Of a stretch of DNA of 44,571 nt, positions 1 to 12,650 are shown piece after piece. This stretch comes from Rozella allomycis CSF55 (lineage: Eukaryota). The stretch spans positions 1 through 44,571 of the forward strand of contig KE561005.1 in NCBI GenBank assembly GCA_000442015.1, given 5' to 3'. Position 1 is the first letter of the stretch. Each line of letters opens with the position of its first letter. Made by a program: the position numbers and the translations under genes. A model generated the notes under the pieces. The model saw only the letters and a program-made list of their open reading frames with translations. It searched no databases and was not told the origin of the DNA.

Positions 1-616
1 TTAGCCTGCCAAATGATATCGCTTTGTCCAACAGGAGTTTGGCATGTCGGACGTCAATAGGATGCCTTAAAGTTAATGATCGTAGATTTCTGAATGATTT
101 ATAGAGCCTTGCCAATTTAGAATGATCCACGATGGTGTAGTAAACAATATCCAAAATCTTAACCGTTTCTGATGACTCAATTATCCCCGCGAGAATGTCA
201 CAATCATTGTCTTCAGGCCCATTCAATGAATACCAAATGTCAATGCGCACTTGTGAGATACCCGATAGACTTTTAATACTAATTAGATCATCCCTGGTTT
301 TAATGCGCGCATTTAGTGATCCCTGGATTCCAAACAAATTAAATACTTTGCAACTTTTCGAGTACACATTAATACTTTCATAATACACCATGGCTTTCAT
401 TTTTCGTAGCCAATATCTCAAGACATTTGCATCATAGCCATCAAAGCAAGAGAGGTCTGTCTTGGAAGCGTCGAATAGAAACCCCTTGGCTTTACATTTT
501 GATTGAAGGTTTAGAACATCTTGGAATTGAGCCTTATACTCATCAATTTTGGCCAGGTTAAAAATATCTTCACTTGAAAGGTACTCAAATATATTTGCTT
601 GAATCTCCCAAGGCAN
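1..616 (-). CDS. F-box protein (partial; runs off the window edge, 5' end interrupted by n at 616)
   Basis: Not in the ORF track. Manual translation of the minus strand from 616 is stop-free to position 2: xPWEIQANIFEYLSSEDIFNLAKI (F-box consensus LPxEIxxxIFxYLxxxDLxxL) ... FRNLRSLTLRHP (LRR-like). The frame stays open across the n to an ATG at 769. Confidence 0.7.
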
Positions 617-1350
617 TCCAGAATAGCAAATAAAACAATATTCAAGATTGTTCACAGAGATGTCTGCATCGTAGATACAAAGCAGTACATAAATATAACC
701 AAAAGAAAAATGTACATAGATGCTATCACGCCAGAAATTTTTTGCAGGGGTAAAATTGTATAGTGACATGGACGTTTGTTTTTTTGGTAAATATGATTTA
801 ATCCAATGAAGTTTAATGTTTATGGATTTTTTTTAAATTTTAAGTCAGGAAATGTTGGATCTTGTTGTGCACCGATGCAAGAAAGTATATTTTCGTTTAT
901 CACGTCGCCTGATCGTCCGCTGAATGTCTTGTTATGCTTGGTTTTTACGCATTACAATTTACATGCCCATGGTGCGTGGGTAGCTTTTTCTACTGGCAGC
1001 CTCCATTTAGCCCTCATTATTTACATCACTTGGTTCTACTGCTACCAACATGAAACAATAATAGAAATCTTTATAAATAAACTTAAATTTAATATGAACA
1101 CCATCGAAGTTTCAAACCCACTGAACACCTCTGAACACGTTAACGAAGTTTCAAACACACTCACTTTAACACCTTAACGGATTATACCATTGAGCGATAT
1201 TAAATCGACTCATCAAATGTCAATTCTATTTACAAAAGTAGAATTCCAATCAAGTGCTAAAGAGCGGCATCACATTCATACTTTGTTTCATTTTTGCTCA
1301 TATAATGTTCAAATGATAAGAGGGTAATAAAATAAATGCTTTATTGACGC

Positions 1351-4120
1351 TTAGCCTTGAATTAAGCGCTTAAATGACGGTGATAATCGAATTAATTGCG
1401 TTAATATCATGTATAGCTGATGGTACGAGCTTACCCACATTCTTGATATAACATTAAGAATAATGAGAATTTTCATCTTCGTTTTGCGAAACAATGATGA
1501 AATGAAAAAGATCTTTATAATCCCAGCGCGAGTTTTGGAAGTGATCGCCTTAAAGAAATTTAACACTTGCTTGGTAGGCTCCACGTTGACGACGTGTTCA
1601 TTTTCCACAATATCAAAGTTTTGAATTGTATCCTTTTTACTGGGGAAGTATGGGTCAAAGCTAAATGTACTTAACATTTGTTCAAATTTAAATGCATCGT
1701 CACTTGAATTGATGATATCGCCTACAAAAGACTCGATTTTACTCTTTTGATGCGCGACTAGAATATCGGTAGCGATTCCTTTGAGAATTTCGAGATTGGA
1801 AATAGCCTGTGAGTCATGAAGAGCATATTTGAGCTTTTCATTTTTAACCAAATTGAACATGTGAGAGAGGATAAGAAATTGATTTTGATAACCTAAAAAA
1901 ATAGTTTAATGAGTACATACTTTCCTTGTGGCTTCCATTAACTAACAAACTAAATACTTTCTTAAAAATTTCAATAAAATAATTTTCATAAAATCGTTGA
2001 GCGATGCGATGATTGTTAATCACATTGTAATATTCCATTAACATATTGTAACAAATTTCAAGCCCGACCTTTGAGATTTTGATGTCAGTGTGATCAATAG
2101 CTTTAAAGACAACGCTTAGAATTATTTCAAGACCCTTTTGATTCGACAGCAAAACGAAAAGAAGACCTAAATGGCCAACAACAAATTCCTGTACCATTAG
2201 CATCATCAAAATCCTTCATCATGTTAAACATATGCAAAATTCCTGTAGGCACATTCATCTCTTCCATGGCGATCAACTTTAGGAAGTCACTGTAAAGTCT
2301 TTGGTTGAAATTATTTCCTATTGGGACATTGTCTGCATCTTTCACCGAATCTAAACTCCAATGTCTAGAAAAATGTAGAATGTTAAACAGAGTTTGAACA
2401 AAATCTAATTTATCATCAGACTAAAACATTTACGAATCTTCTGGCGTTCATTTAAATTCAACTTCTCCTCTACTAAGAAAAATATAATGCGATTTAATAT
2501 TTTATTCAAATATTTTTCATTAAATGTTTCAGCATTTAATATATTAGATTTCTCGTGGGTCAAATTCTTTAATATTTTGTTCACTTGCTCCAATCCGGCA
2601 TTTGAAATTTTTTCAATTTCATGAAACATAGCGAACATGACTACATCCATCACAATTTCAAAACTTTCAGGTAAAGTAAAAAAGAATTGACCAAAACATT
2701 CAATAAAGTTTTGAATACTAATGCGATTCTTCACGACACATAAGTTACCATCCTTCAAAACCTTTGCTTTTTCCAAATGTAGATCGGAAGCATCTCCATT
2801 TAATACCATTGCAAACATTGCAAAAATTTCAATTATGTCCTTTTCATAAATACTATTTATTCTCTGGACGGAATCTTGGAGGACATTCCACAAAAACATG
2901 TTGATTTTATGGCCACTGCTATCTATTAGATGATCATGATAATTAGTTATTTGGGACATTCTCAAGCTCCTTACAGAACCCTTATTTTGAAGATCACCAT
3001 ACTTTTTTTCTAAATACACGAAATACGCCAATTCCAATATATTAGACATTCGAAATATGGAAGTATCTGAACGAATGTTAGATGCAACGCTCAGTAAACT
3101 TTGGGCTGCACTATAATACTTAGATATATCAACCGAAGATCCAAACTTTTCAATTATAACAAATGCAACTCTCAATTTCAATATATTTTCGTCTTTTAAC
3201 ATAATTCCATCAATTGAGATGGCGATGGCAGCAAAATGATTTACCCATCCAACGAAATCATTGGCATCGTAACGGGCGTTAAAAATACCTTCAAGAACAG
3301 GATGCAAATCACTAAAGTTTTGAACATTCTTAGCAAATGCAATCAATAATTGAAAATAGGCAAATTTTAGTTCCTGTACCGTTTTACTATTTTCATATGA
3401 ATTAGTCTCGAATTCACGAAACAAATAGAATAGATCAGGCAGCATGTAATTATAGCATTTGTAATATTCATTTGCTCCACTATACATCTTCATCACTTTA
3501 AGAAACAAATCGGCACTTTCTTCTTTAATTCCTCTTCCTAAATTCTTAAGCATTGTATTTGGTAAAGACAACCATTCTTTAGTCATTTGATCTAATTTAC
3601 TACTATTCGGTTCATATCTTAATATTAAAGAAACAGATCGGTATAACGCTTCAATGTTACTCAAACTTAATCCATTAGCAACATCTGTATCTCTGACATT
3701 CTTAAATATTTTGTCAATCAAAGGCATGCTTTCTCCCTGTGGTATGATTGAAAAACATCTAGGATCTCTTATGGATAACCATTCAAAAGCAAAACAAGCT
3801 TCGTCTTTAACACCGTCTTTTTTCATGTACTTGAGCAACTCATCGATTGTATAGTTTAGCAGAGGTCTAAAAGACGTTATCACTAGAGCGCCGTCCCTGA
3901 TAGATTTCAAAAGGCTTTTGGCATTTTCAAGATCGTTAGCCTCGACAAGCTTACCAAGTGAACCCACCTTCTCGGCCCAGTCTCTAACACTCTCGCTTGG
4001 ATATTGCAGAACATTAGCGTTACTGCTAGTTGCAGTAGTGTCAGTTACGTCTTGAGAGGTAGTGCCAACAACCAGTGTATTGGTAAAAACTATAGCAACT
4101 GTTAACAATCTCAGTAACAT
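1351..4120 (-). CDS. Secreted, divergent exportin-1/CRM1-derived HEAT-repeat protein (about 890 aa, at least 4 exons)
   Basis: GT-AG introns at 2405-2433, 2167-2194 and 1893-1920 join four ORF-track pieces in frame. Hydrophobic N-terminus MLLRLLTVAIVFTNTLVVG. CRM1-like segments: YMKKDGVKDEAC...QGESMPLIDKI, WLSLPN, VFKAIDHTDIKISKVGLEI...AQRFYENYF...SHK...MFNLV. The 3' end is uncertain. Confidence 0.8.
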
Positions 4121-4484
4121 TTTGTGAGGCTGGGTTTTTTTCGTTTAAGAAAATCCAGAAATCAAGATTGATCTTTAGATTACCGATTGCGCATCTGTAC
4201 TTAGAAATTAGGTAACATGTATTTACGTTTGGAAAAACATAACTTGACTGCTTGTAAAGTATTAATGTTAACAGTTGAAAGGTTTACCAATAGCAGTGTC
4301 CCCATTACTTGGGTCATAGATGTAATAGATCCAAGAACCTACAGACATTAATTAGGGTAGCATTGTAACTCACGGTTTATATTTTAATATTTTATTGCTA
4401 ACTTTTTTGCTTAACCGGGTTTTTTCCTTGAAAACTCATGACACTTCAAATACTGAGAAATGCAATTTATTGATAGTGTACATG

Positions 4485-4739
4485 TTAATAAACATTCATT
4501 AGAAATGAATGCCTCTTGTATTTGCATTCGCACTTTCTATGCTTGTGCCGACAGTCAGCATGATAGTGACATTTTTGTTTCTTGGGACAATGCTTTTGAC
4601 ACATTTCTTTACATTTGTAATGATATCGACTGCAGAAATCTTTTTTATTATCGCCATGACCATCATGTCCGCCATCTGCTAATACAAGTCCGAGAGATAA
4701 AAGGAATACAAAGAGTGGTAAAATGCTTGGGAATTTCAT
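4485..4739 (-). CDS. Small secreted Cys/His/Lys-rich peptide, defensin-like
   Basis: Signal peptide MKFPSILPLFVFLLSLGLVLA; 8 Cys spaced C-x6-C-x3-C-x3-C-x5-C-x5-C-x6-C-x-C; strongly cationic mature region. Confidence 0.75.
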   Translation of the reverse strand: MKFPSILPLFVFLLSLGLVLADGGHDGHGDNKKDFCSRYHYKCKEMCQKHCPKKQKCHYHADCRHKHRKCECKYKRHSFLMNVY

Positions 4740-4822
4740 TGATAGTAAATGAGAAAGGAATAGTACTTATAGAGAAATGTCGCCAATAGATTAAGGTTCT
4801 GGTTTACAACATCAATAATTTA

Positions 4823-7228
4823 TTATAGTTTAATATCCCATGAATTTAGCCACCTTCTTGCTTCCAATTGATCTTGAGATAGAGATATGCCATAAGACAA
4901 AGGAGAAAAATAAAGAAATACACATATTGTAGGTACACACAATATTGTCAATAGCAATGTGCGTTTGGTTTTGCTCGTATTCCTGAGAAAATAATCAAAT
5001 AGAAAGCCAGTTGATATCGACCCAAATATAACACATGGAAGGTAATGATGAAGGAATAATACCCGGCTCATAAAAAAGAAGGGAAAATAATGCAAAGCAA
5101 ACCCACATGCTATGAATGAGCCAGAATAAAATAATCTGTAAACAGAATCTACAATATACCATGAATGATTTTACATTTGTCTTCATTGGCTAATCCTCTT
5201 CTAGCCAAAATGAGTTCAATTGTAATCAAAATTAATAAAAGTGCAAATGAAATAAATCCCATGATCCACACAATCGGATTGCCAATCATGTAGATCTTTT
5301 GAGACTTTTCCTTATCTTCCCAAAAACTAACACCTCTCCGCATTAGGGGCCAATGTTCCGGTCTAGATCCAAAAGGATGGTCATCTTTCAAATTTGAATT
5401 CACAGATAACATCGTAGATTGAAGTTCCAAAAACTTGGACCAAAACCCTAGTTTAACAATGTTTGAAGATCTAATTTCGTCTTTTTCAAATTCTTTTAAA
5501 GAAAAAAATAAATTTGCTACTTAAATCTGAATGAATGGACTGTATCAACCAATATGTGGCCTCGGCATTGTTGTCTTTCAGTCCATTTATTTCACGTTGT
5601 TCAAAGCCCCACTTGGGCAAGTTTTTTCCATAATTCATTAATGAAACCTTGGTTTTTAAATGTACGAGTCTGAAAGTTTCATGTAAAGAATATAGATCGC
5701 TCTTTTCTTCATTAATCTCTACTTTCCACAACGTCTCATTGTATCGAAGTGTTTCATTGAATGGATAAGTAGTCACTTCCATGTTGGTCATCGTTAACGG
5801 TGATGCAACATCGTGGGTTAAAAGAAATGACTTTGTTGCGACATGCTCTAATCGCACAATGTCACCATTTTTTATTATAACCTTATCAGATTCCATTAAT
5901 TTAGCATCAATTTTATGGAATCTCCAATGATTGTTATTGTCTTCATGAGAGTATCCAGTAACTTGCTGACCCTGGCTACTTACTTTCTTATCATTATGGC
6001 GCAGTGGATATCGTTCCTTGTGCGAATGCAAGAATACATTTTCCACGTGACTTCTAATCGTCACATTAGTCCCATAATAAACCGCTGATATTATAAAATT
6101 GAAGTTTTTACGGAAGGAATCACCTGCCAAACGACTTCCAATCAGCTGAGTTTGAAATTTTGTGCTCATGTGGTGATCACCCGGACCACTTTTAGTTAAA
6201 ATAGCAAAATGAATGTAAAAGGAAGCCAGATAGATCCCTAAAGGCAAAACAATTAAGCAAACTGCTCTTGCCAAGAAATGCTTTAATACAGTCATCTTTA
6301 ATATTTCAAAATTTTAATCATACGTCTGAAAGACCTCTGCGATAATCCAACAATCGCCACAGATCCAAAATAGTTGCTATCCCAACAACAAAAATAATAA
6401 AAGTTCCAACCATTTTTGTTCTATTTAGAGTTTCAGCAATTAGTTACCCTAAGGTTAGGCCTAACCCCAGCCCGGTTAAGGTCAGCCATTTCCACCAGTC
6501 CTTTTCAAATGGTCTGTAAATTTCCACATTTGATTTTACTTGTTACGCAATTTGTAAAATTTTGTCCACGAATATGTTGAAAATATAATTCCAAAAAGTA
6601 GTATGGCGTCTAGCAATATCAAGCGAGATTGCACAACCAGCGCTGTATCTATTTATCACCAGCAATGGGAGATACCGAACACAATAAACAGACAAGCTAA
6701 AAGGATCCCGTGTAAGCCGATATTCATTTCCCACAAAAGACGAAACGTTATTGGTGCAATACAACTACCCAGTGCCGCCAACAATGCCCTCATTCCAATG
6801 TACGGTACATTATTTTCAATGTAAGAGAGGCCAATCTTGTCAAATAAAAAGTGTCCATCATATCTCACCAAATACCCCGCCAAAGCTATAAGCAATTTGC
6901 CCAAAGGCGGATGAACATCAAAGTAGTATTCCCTCCTGAGATAGTAACTGTTAAACAAATTTTCAACAATTACCTTGCAAACTTTCCAAAATGAACTTCA
7001 TCAAAACTAGATTAATCAATCGATACTGAATTACACAACTTGGTCCGGATGGTTTAAGAGCAAGAATCTGGTGAGGAATGAAATACTCAATACAATTTTA
7101 TACCAGAACATTGGAAATTTCTCTTGATTACATGGTTTCTTTTGAATTAAATTGTCTTTTTCTGTTTCTTTCTCATTAATTGACTTTCTGGGCTCTTTTG
7201 ATGAATCTCGTCGATTCCGCAATGTCAT
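4823..7228 (-). CDS. PMT4: Dolichyl-phosphate-mannose:protein O-mannosyltransferase, PMT4 subfamily (multi-exon)
   Basis: Spliced VVFDEVHFGKFA, YFDVHPPLGKLL, MIR domain VSSQGQQVTGY / HDVASPL, IYMIGNP, LFLHHYLP; short GT-AG introns join the exons. Confidence 0.92.
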
Positions 7229-7328
7229 TTCGTATTATTAATTACGAAATTTCTAAATTAATGCCTGCTTGATTCACAGTTAATATATTTTTTGGCGTTA
7301 TTAATGGGATTTGTTTTGGAGACCGTTA

Positions 7329-8741
7329 ATGTTGGCAACCGAAGAAGCAAAGAGAATCGAGGCAGACATAAATGCCAGTTTTAGCAAATCTATATCAGGA
7401 GATACCTCCCCTTTGAGAGATTTTGATGAAAAAGACGGAATAGAAATTAATCTCGACGTCAAGTTTTTAGAGAAGAATGAGTCCACGATAAAGGTGGACG
7501 AGACAAATACCAATGAAAAGCAATATGTTTTAATCAATAGTTCAAATGAGCTGAATAAATCCATCAGTGAAACTAGACCGAGTATTGTTGTTGACCTTGA
7601 ACCGTACGTTTTTGATATTTCGGATCTGCTGCCATCTTCAAGGAAATCAAATGCGTCGCAGCAAGAAATATACCTCAAGAATTGCAAAGATCTTTCAATA
7701 GTGCCTTCTTGTCGCGTTTTAGAAAACTTGGACAATTCGGAGCTGTCACTGAAATTCATGAATTTGGGACCGAAAGGCATTCAAGCGTTGGCAGACACTA
7801 TAGCTGTAAATATTGGGTTTGGATTCGTATCTAGTTTAACAATGCGTTAATTACAGTGGATATGACTGGTAATTGGTTTGATGAAGAGACTAGTCAAGCC
7901 ATGTGCAAATTTCTTACTGAAAACAGTAAAGTGAGTTTTCTTGTAAAGTTTTGGCTAAAACGTAATTTAGAATCTCTCTGAAAATAATATTGGTTCGTCA
8001 TGCATGGAGGCAATTTGCCAGGGTCTTGGAAATAACAATTCGTTAAAGACTCTAGTCTTAAAGAGTAAGTAGGCGATTGACGTTTGATAAGAAAATAAAA
8101 TATCTGATAAAGATTGCGTTCATCTTGCGAATGCCATGAAAAAGTCTTCAAAGCTGACTATTCTAGATGTGAGTCACAATAACATAGGAGACATTGGAGC
8201 GGGATTACTAGCATCGTCATTATCAAATAATGATTCTCTTAAAGAATTCCACATTAGCTGGAATAAAATAAGCAAAGGCTGCAATGCAATATTCTCGGCG
8301 ATAAAGGAAAATTCAGTCCTGACTCACCTTGACCTTTCATGGAATGGACTAAAGGACCAGGGTGCAACATCAGCTGGTCAAATGCTCTCTAAAAATGCTT
8401 CTTTAAAACATTTGAATCTTGGGTAATAAATATATCGAGGTTTTTCTAGTTATTCACGTATTGGGAATCAAGGAATGATTGGATTGTGCAAAGGGATTAG
8501 TGAAAGTGACACTTTACAAGAATTAGTTCTAGATGGAAATGATTTTGAAGAATCTGGAATTCAAGCGTTGATGAAATCTTTACCAAATTGTTCAAGCATT
8601 CAAGCTATTCATTTAAAGGTATAAATAGTTTTTATAAAGAATGGATAGAAAATTAGATGTTTGGCATTGCATTCTGAAAAATTGATTAATGAATTGAAAG
8701 GGTCGAAGCCTGGTATTGAGATTGTGTTGGGAGACACATAA
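7329..8741 (+). CDS. RNI-like leucine-rich repeat protein (LRRC74-like), multi-exon
   Basis: Repeats LTILDVSHNNIGDIGAGLLA, LTHLDLSWNGLKDQGA, LSLKFMNLGPKGIQALA; ATG 7329, last exon ends TAA 8739-8741; head-to-head with PMT4 across about 100 bp. Confidence 0.8.
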
Positions 8742-9675
8742 AATTTTATTAGTTGTTTATTTAGTAACGCCAAAAAATTTTGGTCTTTATACAATCTAGC
8801 AGGATATTTGTGTCTTTCATTTAATCACCCCTTGCTCTTGTCTCTTCCGTTGTCACATTAATCTTCTGAGTCCATTTCAAATACTTTCGAGCTGTAAATG
8901 TACTTTTAATTTGTGCCAAAGTGTCTTATTGTAACTGTAATTCAAACCCTTAGCCTTCAACCCAAATTTTCTGCATCAATTAGTTCCTAAACCTGGCCTT
9001 TCCCTTGAGAATCACATACCATTTCACCATGTAGAAATACTAATGCATCAGTCTACATAGTAACGACGATCCAAATTCAGTTTCATGATGTCACATAGTC
9101 ATTTCAGCCCGAAAGTCCTCAGATCTGTTTGATCATAAAAAAAATTGAGTGGTTAAGTCTGGAGAAATACAAGATACATATGGCATGTGGCTATGACTCT
9201 AAGGCAACTAATATCGTCTTATTCATCAGAGCGGCCGTATATGCGAATTTTGTTTTTGCAATAGGATCTTTAATTTTGATAATAACTGGTTGTGACATCA
9301 ATTTAGAAATTTCTTTTTAATCATACTCGACTCCGTAGCCCTCTGATAACCCTCATACTCTTCCGCCTTGTCCGTGACAACTAACTTGCGGAAAGATGGT
9401 AGATTTTTAAGGACAAACTTTGTTATCACCTTTTTCATTCTGTCTGTAGTAATTTCTACACATTACATTTTGCTTCTGTTTTCTGAGACTTTTCTAAATT
9501 TTCAGATTTCTCAATAATGATATTCCCCTTCATTTTGCAGTGCGTATCTTAACTTTTATTGTTTTTATGTATTTCGCAGGTGATTGTTCCTTTAATTGAA
9601 GTCTTCCTCTTCACTGCGCCTCCTGTTAACCATAACCGGTATTTCATTATTGTTATCTTGAATTTATAGCACAAA

Positions 9676-10196
9676 TCAGCTTTTTTTAAAAGAGTTAAAC
9701 AATACCGGACTCAGGGAAGAACCTTGCAAAAGGCCCCATTTGTTCTCTAACGGATCTGACATTTTCCATTGATAACCAATTATGAAATATTTTGATCGAA
9801 AAGTACCTTTAAAATTGAAGATTGGAACATTATATTTTTCTTTTAATTTCTGCCATAAAATTATTCTATCCACCAGGTCATAAGCAGCTTTAAGATCTAG
9901 AAAGATATTTATAATAGGTCCATTGTTTCTCATAATATCGCTAAGACTGAAGATTTGATGTAGAGTTGAACGATGAGGTCTCAAACCGCCTTGGAAATCA
10001 TTTAGTAGTTGGCTAGCGGGATGCAATGCAGGAAATAAGAAACATCTCCCATAAAGTCTACGTGCCACATAGGTAAGAGCGATAGGACGATAATTTTTGA
10101 TTTCTTTAGCAGAACCATTCTTTTTTGGAGCAATATGTGCTGTTTTCCAATCTGATGGTACACATGTAAGATCTGAAATTTGAGAAAATAGTTCAT
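9676..10196 (-). mobile_element. Degenerate non-LTR retrotransposon reverse transcriptase fragment
   Basis: KNYRPIALT, FQGGLRPHRST, FLDLKAAYDLVDR, GLLQGSSLSPVLFN; frameshifted and stops before the YADD motif. Confidence 0.88.
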
Positions 10197-11199
10197 AACG
10201 AGCGGCTGCGACAGCGCACTTCGGTGATTGACCCCATAGTTAGCAAAAATCTATTATGACCGGCGGCTGCAAACTTAAGTCCGGCATTCAATACTGGCAA
10301 ACGTGAACCATTGTCTATCACGAAAATGTATGCTTAAGAAGAAGTCAACGTCCGTATTCGTAACAAAATCAATTGTTTTGAACCTGGCTATCCTTCAACG
10401 ATAGCCGGATCCATGTTGACAAATGCACGTAAGAGCCAGCATCATAAGGTAAGATGGAATATTGATCTGGACCCAGAATGAAACAGGCTATTTTTGGTTG
10501 GCGTTTTGGCAATATTACCCGGCATCAATCATTAAATTCTGTCTTGTGCACATGTTGTATCGTACTCTGGTGCTTTCTCAAAGAATTCTATCTGCACGGC
10601 GCCAATGAATATTTGGACAGGGGTTAATGTAACATTGATATTCATTTGAATGAATATAGACGAATGACAATGGATCATGGGAAACTACTTGCAATACTAT
10701 TATACGTCATAATGATGAAAATATGATCCTAAATAATAAACGAACAATAGGGTGCCGGTGATTGTATTTTGGAAAAACACAGTAAACAGACATTTGTTTT
10801 TTTTACCCGATTTAGGTTCAAAATGCTGAAACTTGAAATAGATAAAGATTCCCCATTATTCGAAAACATGAAAATTGGAAATCGAGGAAAATAAAAAATA
10901 GTTAAGTAGAGGGAAGAAACAAAGAGGTAAATATTAAAAATATATGAATAAAAAAGGAAATACGGAAAAAGTATAGACAAAATGAAAGTTGAACACAAAT
11001 CACAATATAAAGATTTTGAATGCAAGATGCAAATAGAAAAATGGCCAGACGAACAATGGTTAGAGATACAACGTATGTTCGTTTTGAGTCGTTATTGTGC
11101 GAAAATTTAAGCACTTCATTGTCCTCTTTTTTATTCATAAATGTTTAAAGGTCGTTGTCTCGGTATCGCCAATGCTGAAATGCCGTTTTTGCGCGTTGC

Positions 11200-12650
11200 A
11201 CATTCCATCTTCCTTCATCCGTATCATAGGGTCGTAATATCTTGAATGACTGTAAGACTGTCAAACAGGCCGTATTCATGGAGAACCATAAATAGCGTTT
11301 CCAAAGTATGCTTGAGACCTTTTTGCTTCGTGTTAACATAACGTTTCAGTGTTTCATGACAAGATTTATTAGGCGTATTGGTTATTAGTTCTTGCAGCAC
11401 CGAGAATCGGGAATGCGTAAAGATACCAGTTCGCGCTGTTGCTTGTGAACCATTGATGTTCCAATAACGCCGCTTAACTGACGGTAGGGCTTTTACGATT
11501 GAATATTGTTTCTTCCATTTCATTTATTGCGAGTAAAGTGACGATTGCGCATTTTTTGATTAGTAATTTCAAATCGTTGCAACCCATCATGAACCAATTA
11601 ACTCTACAATGACGCAAACAGTAACGTATGAGGTTATAGACTTACTGGGGGCAAGACGCTGGGATAGAACAGTCTCTTTGAACGATCAAAGGACCAAAAG
11701 TGACAATACATTTGTTACTGTGTCTGAAAGTAAATTACGTTTGATTGCATGACACATTCGCAAGGTTGGCGTATGATTTGTAGTAAAGAATTTTCGAATG
11801 CTGGAATCTATTTGAGGGGCTGCATCAGCTATTACATAGGCAGCTAACGGTGGTATATTCTAAACAATTAATTTATATTTATACTTTTATTTTAAATGTT
11901 TTTGAATAACATTTCTAATCCATTGCCGTAAAAGATAATGTGTCCGATTCTTTGTAACCTGATGGCAGAGACAACTCTATAGGATGAAAGTGACCACTTA
12001 TGTCTGCAATGCCTAAACCTAAATATATATGAATATGGAGACACAAGATACCAAATGCAATTACTATGAAATCAATATTAGTTAAACCTCAAGTTTTGTC
12101 TGCATGTATAAAAAGGTTTTTCAATTAATGGTACAGAGTTCGTGTAGGGCTTTAGCATTCTTTTAGCAGAACGAAAAACCATAAGTGGGCATTTGCAGTG
12201 CCTTGTCTAAATGGCACCTCGCCATTGATAGCATTAAGACATTGAACGGAATCATCAGGGAAATTTTGATATACAATCTCGTTCATGGTATTGATGTTTT
12301 TATTTCCGGCAATAATAGTTTGTTTGCAAGTCTCTTTTGAGTTGCAATTTTCATCTTCTATATTAAATAGAATATATATACATCGAGTCTTTTAAATGTA
12401 GTTAAATTCGTTTATGACTGCTTATTGTGTTGAAAAGTAATCAATGTCCGAAAATTGGGCTTGCAGTTGTCTATGAAACTCTTTTGGTTTTGCATCTAAA
12501 GTTTCTTTTATATACGCCAGCATTCGAATTGTCAAGGGTCCTTTACAAACCGTAATATCATCATCTTCGGTGGCTGGGAAGTGTTTTAAGGAATCGTTTT
12601 CAGCTTTCATGTGCCCACATTTTATACACGATGTAACCCTTAATTGCACT
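11200..12650 (-). mobile_element. Mutator/MULE transposase remnant
   Basis: Collinear motifs across broken frames: KPKEFHRQL, FIHADKT*GL (cf. HIDATYKL), LGIADISGHFHPI (about 11979-12017), YVIADAAPQI...MCH (about 11750-11838), TNTPNKSCHETLKRY (cf. TNNxxESFHxxLK). Confidence 0.7.

Noticed and set aside
806-1177. 123-aa ORF with a short direct repeat (cgaagtttcaaac at 1105 and 1144)
   Set aside because: No recognisable domain, composition like AT-rich intergenic DNA, and only two repeat units.
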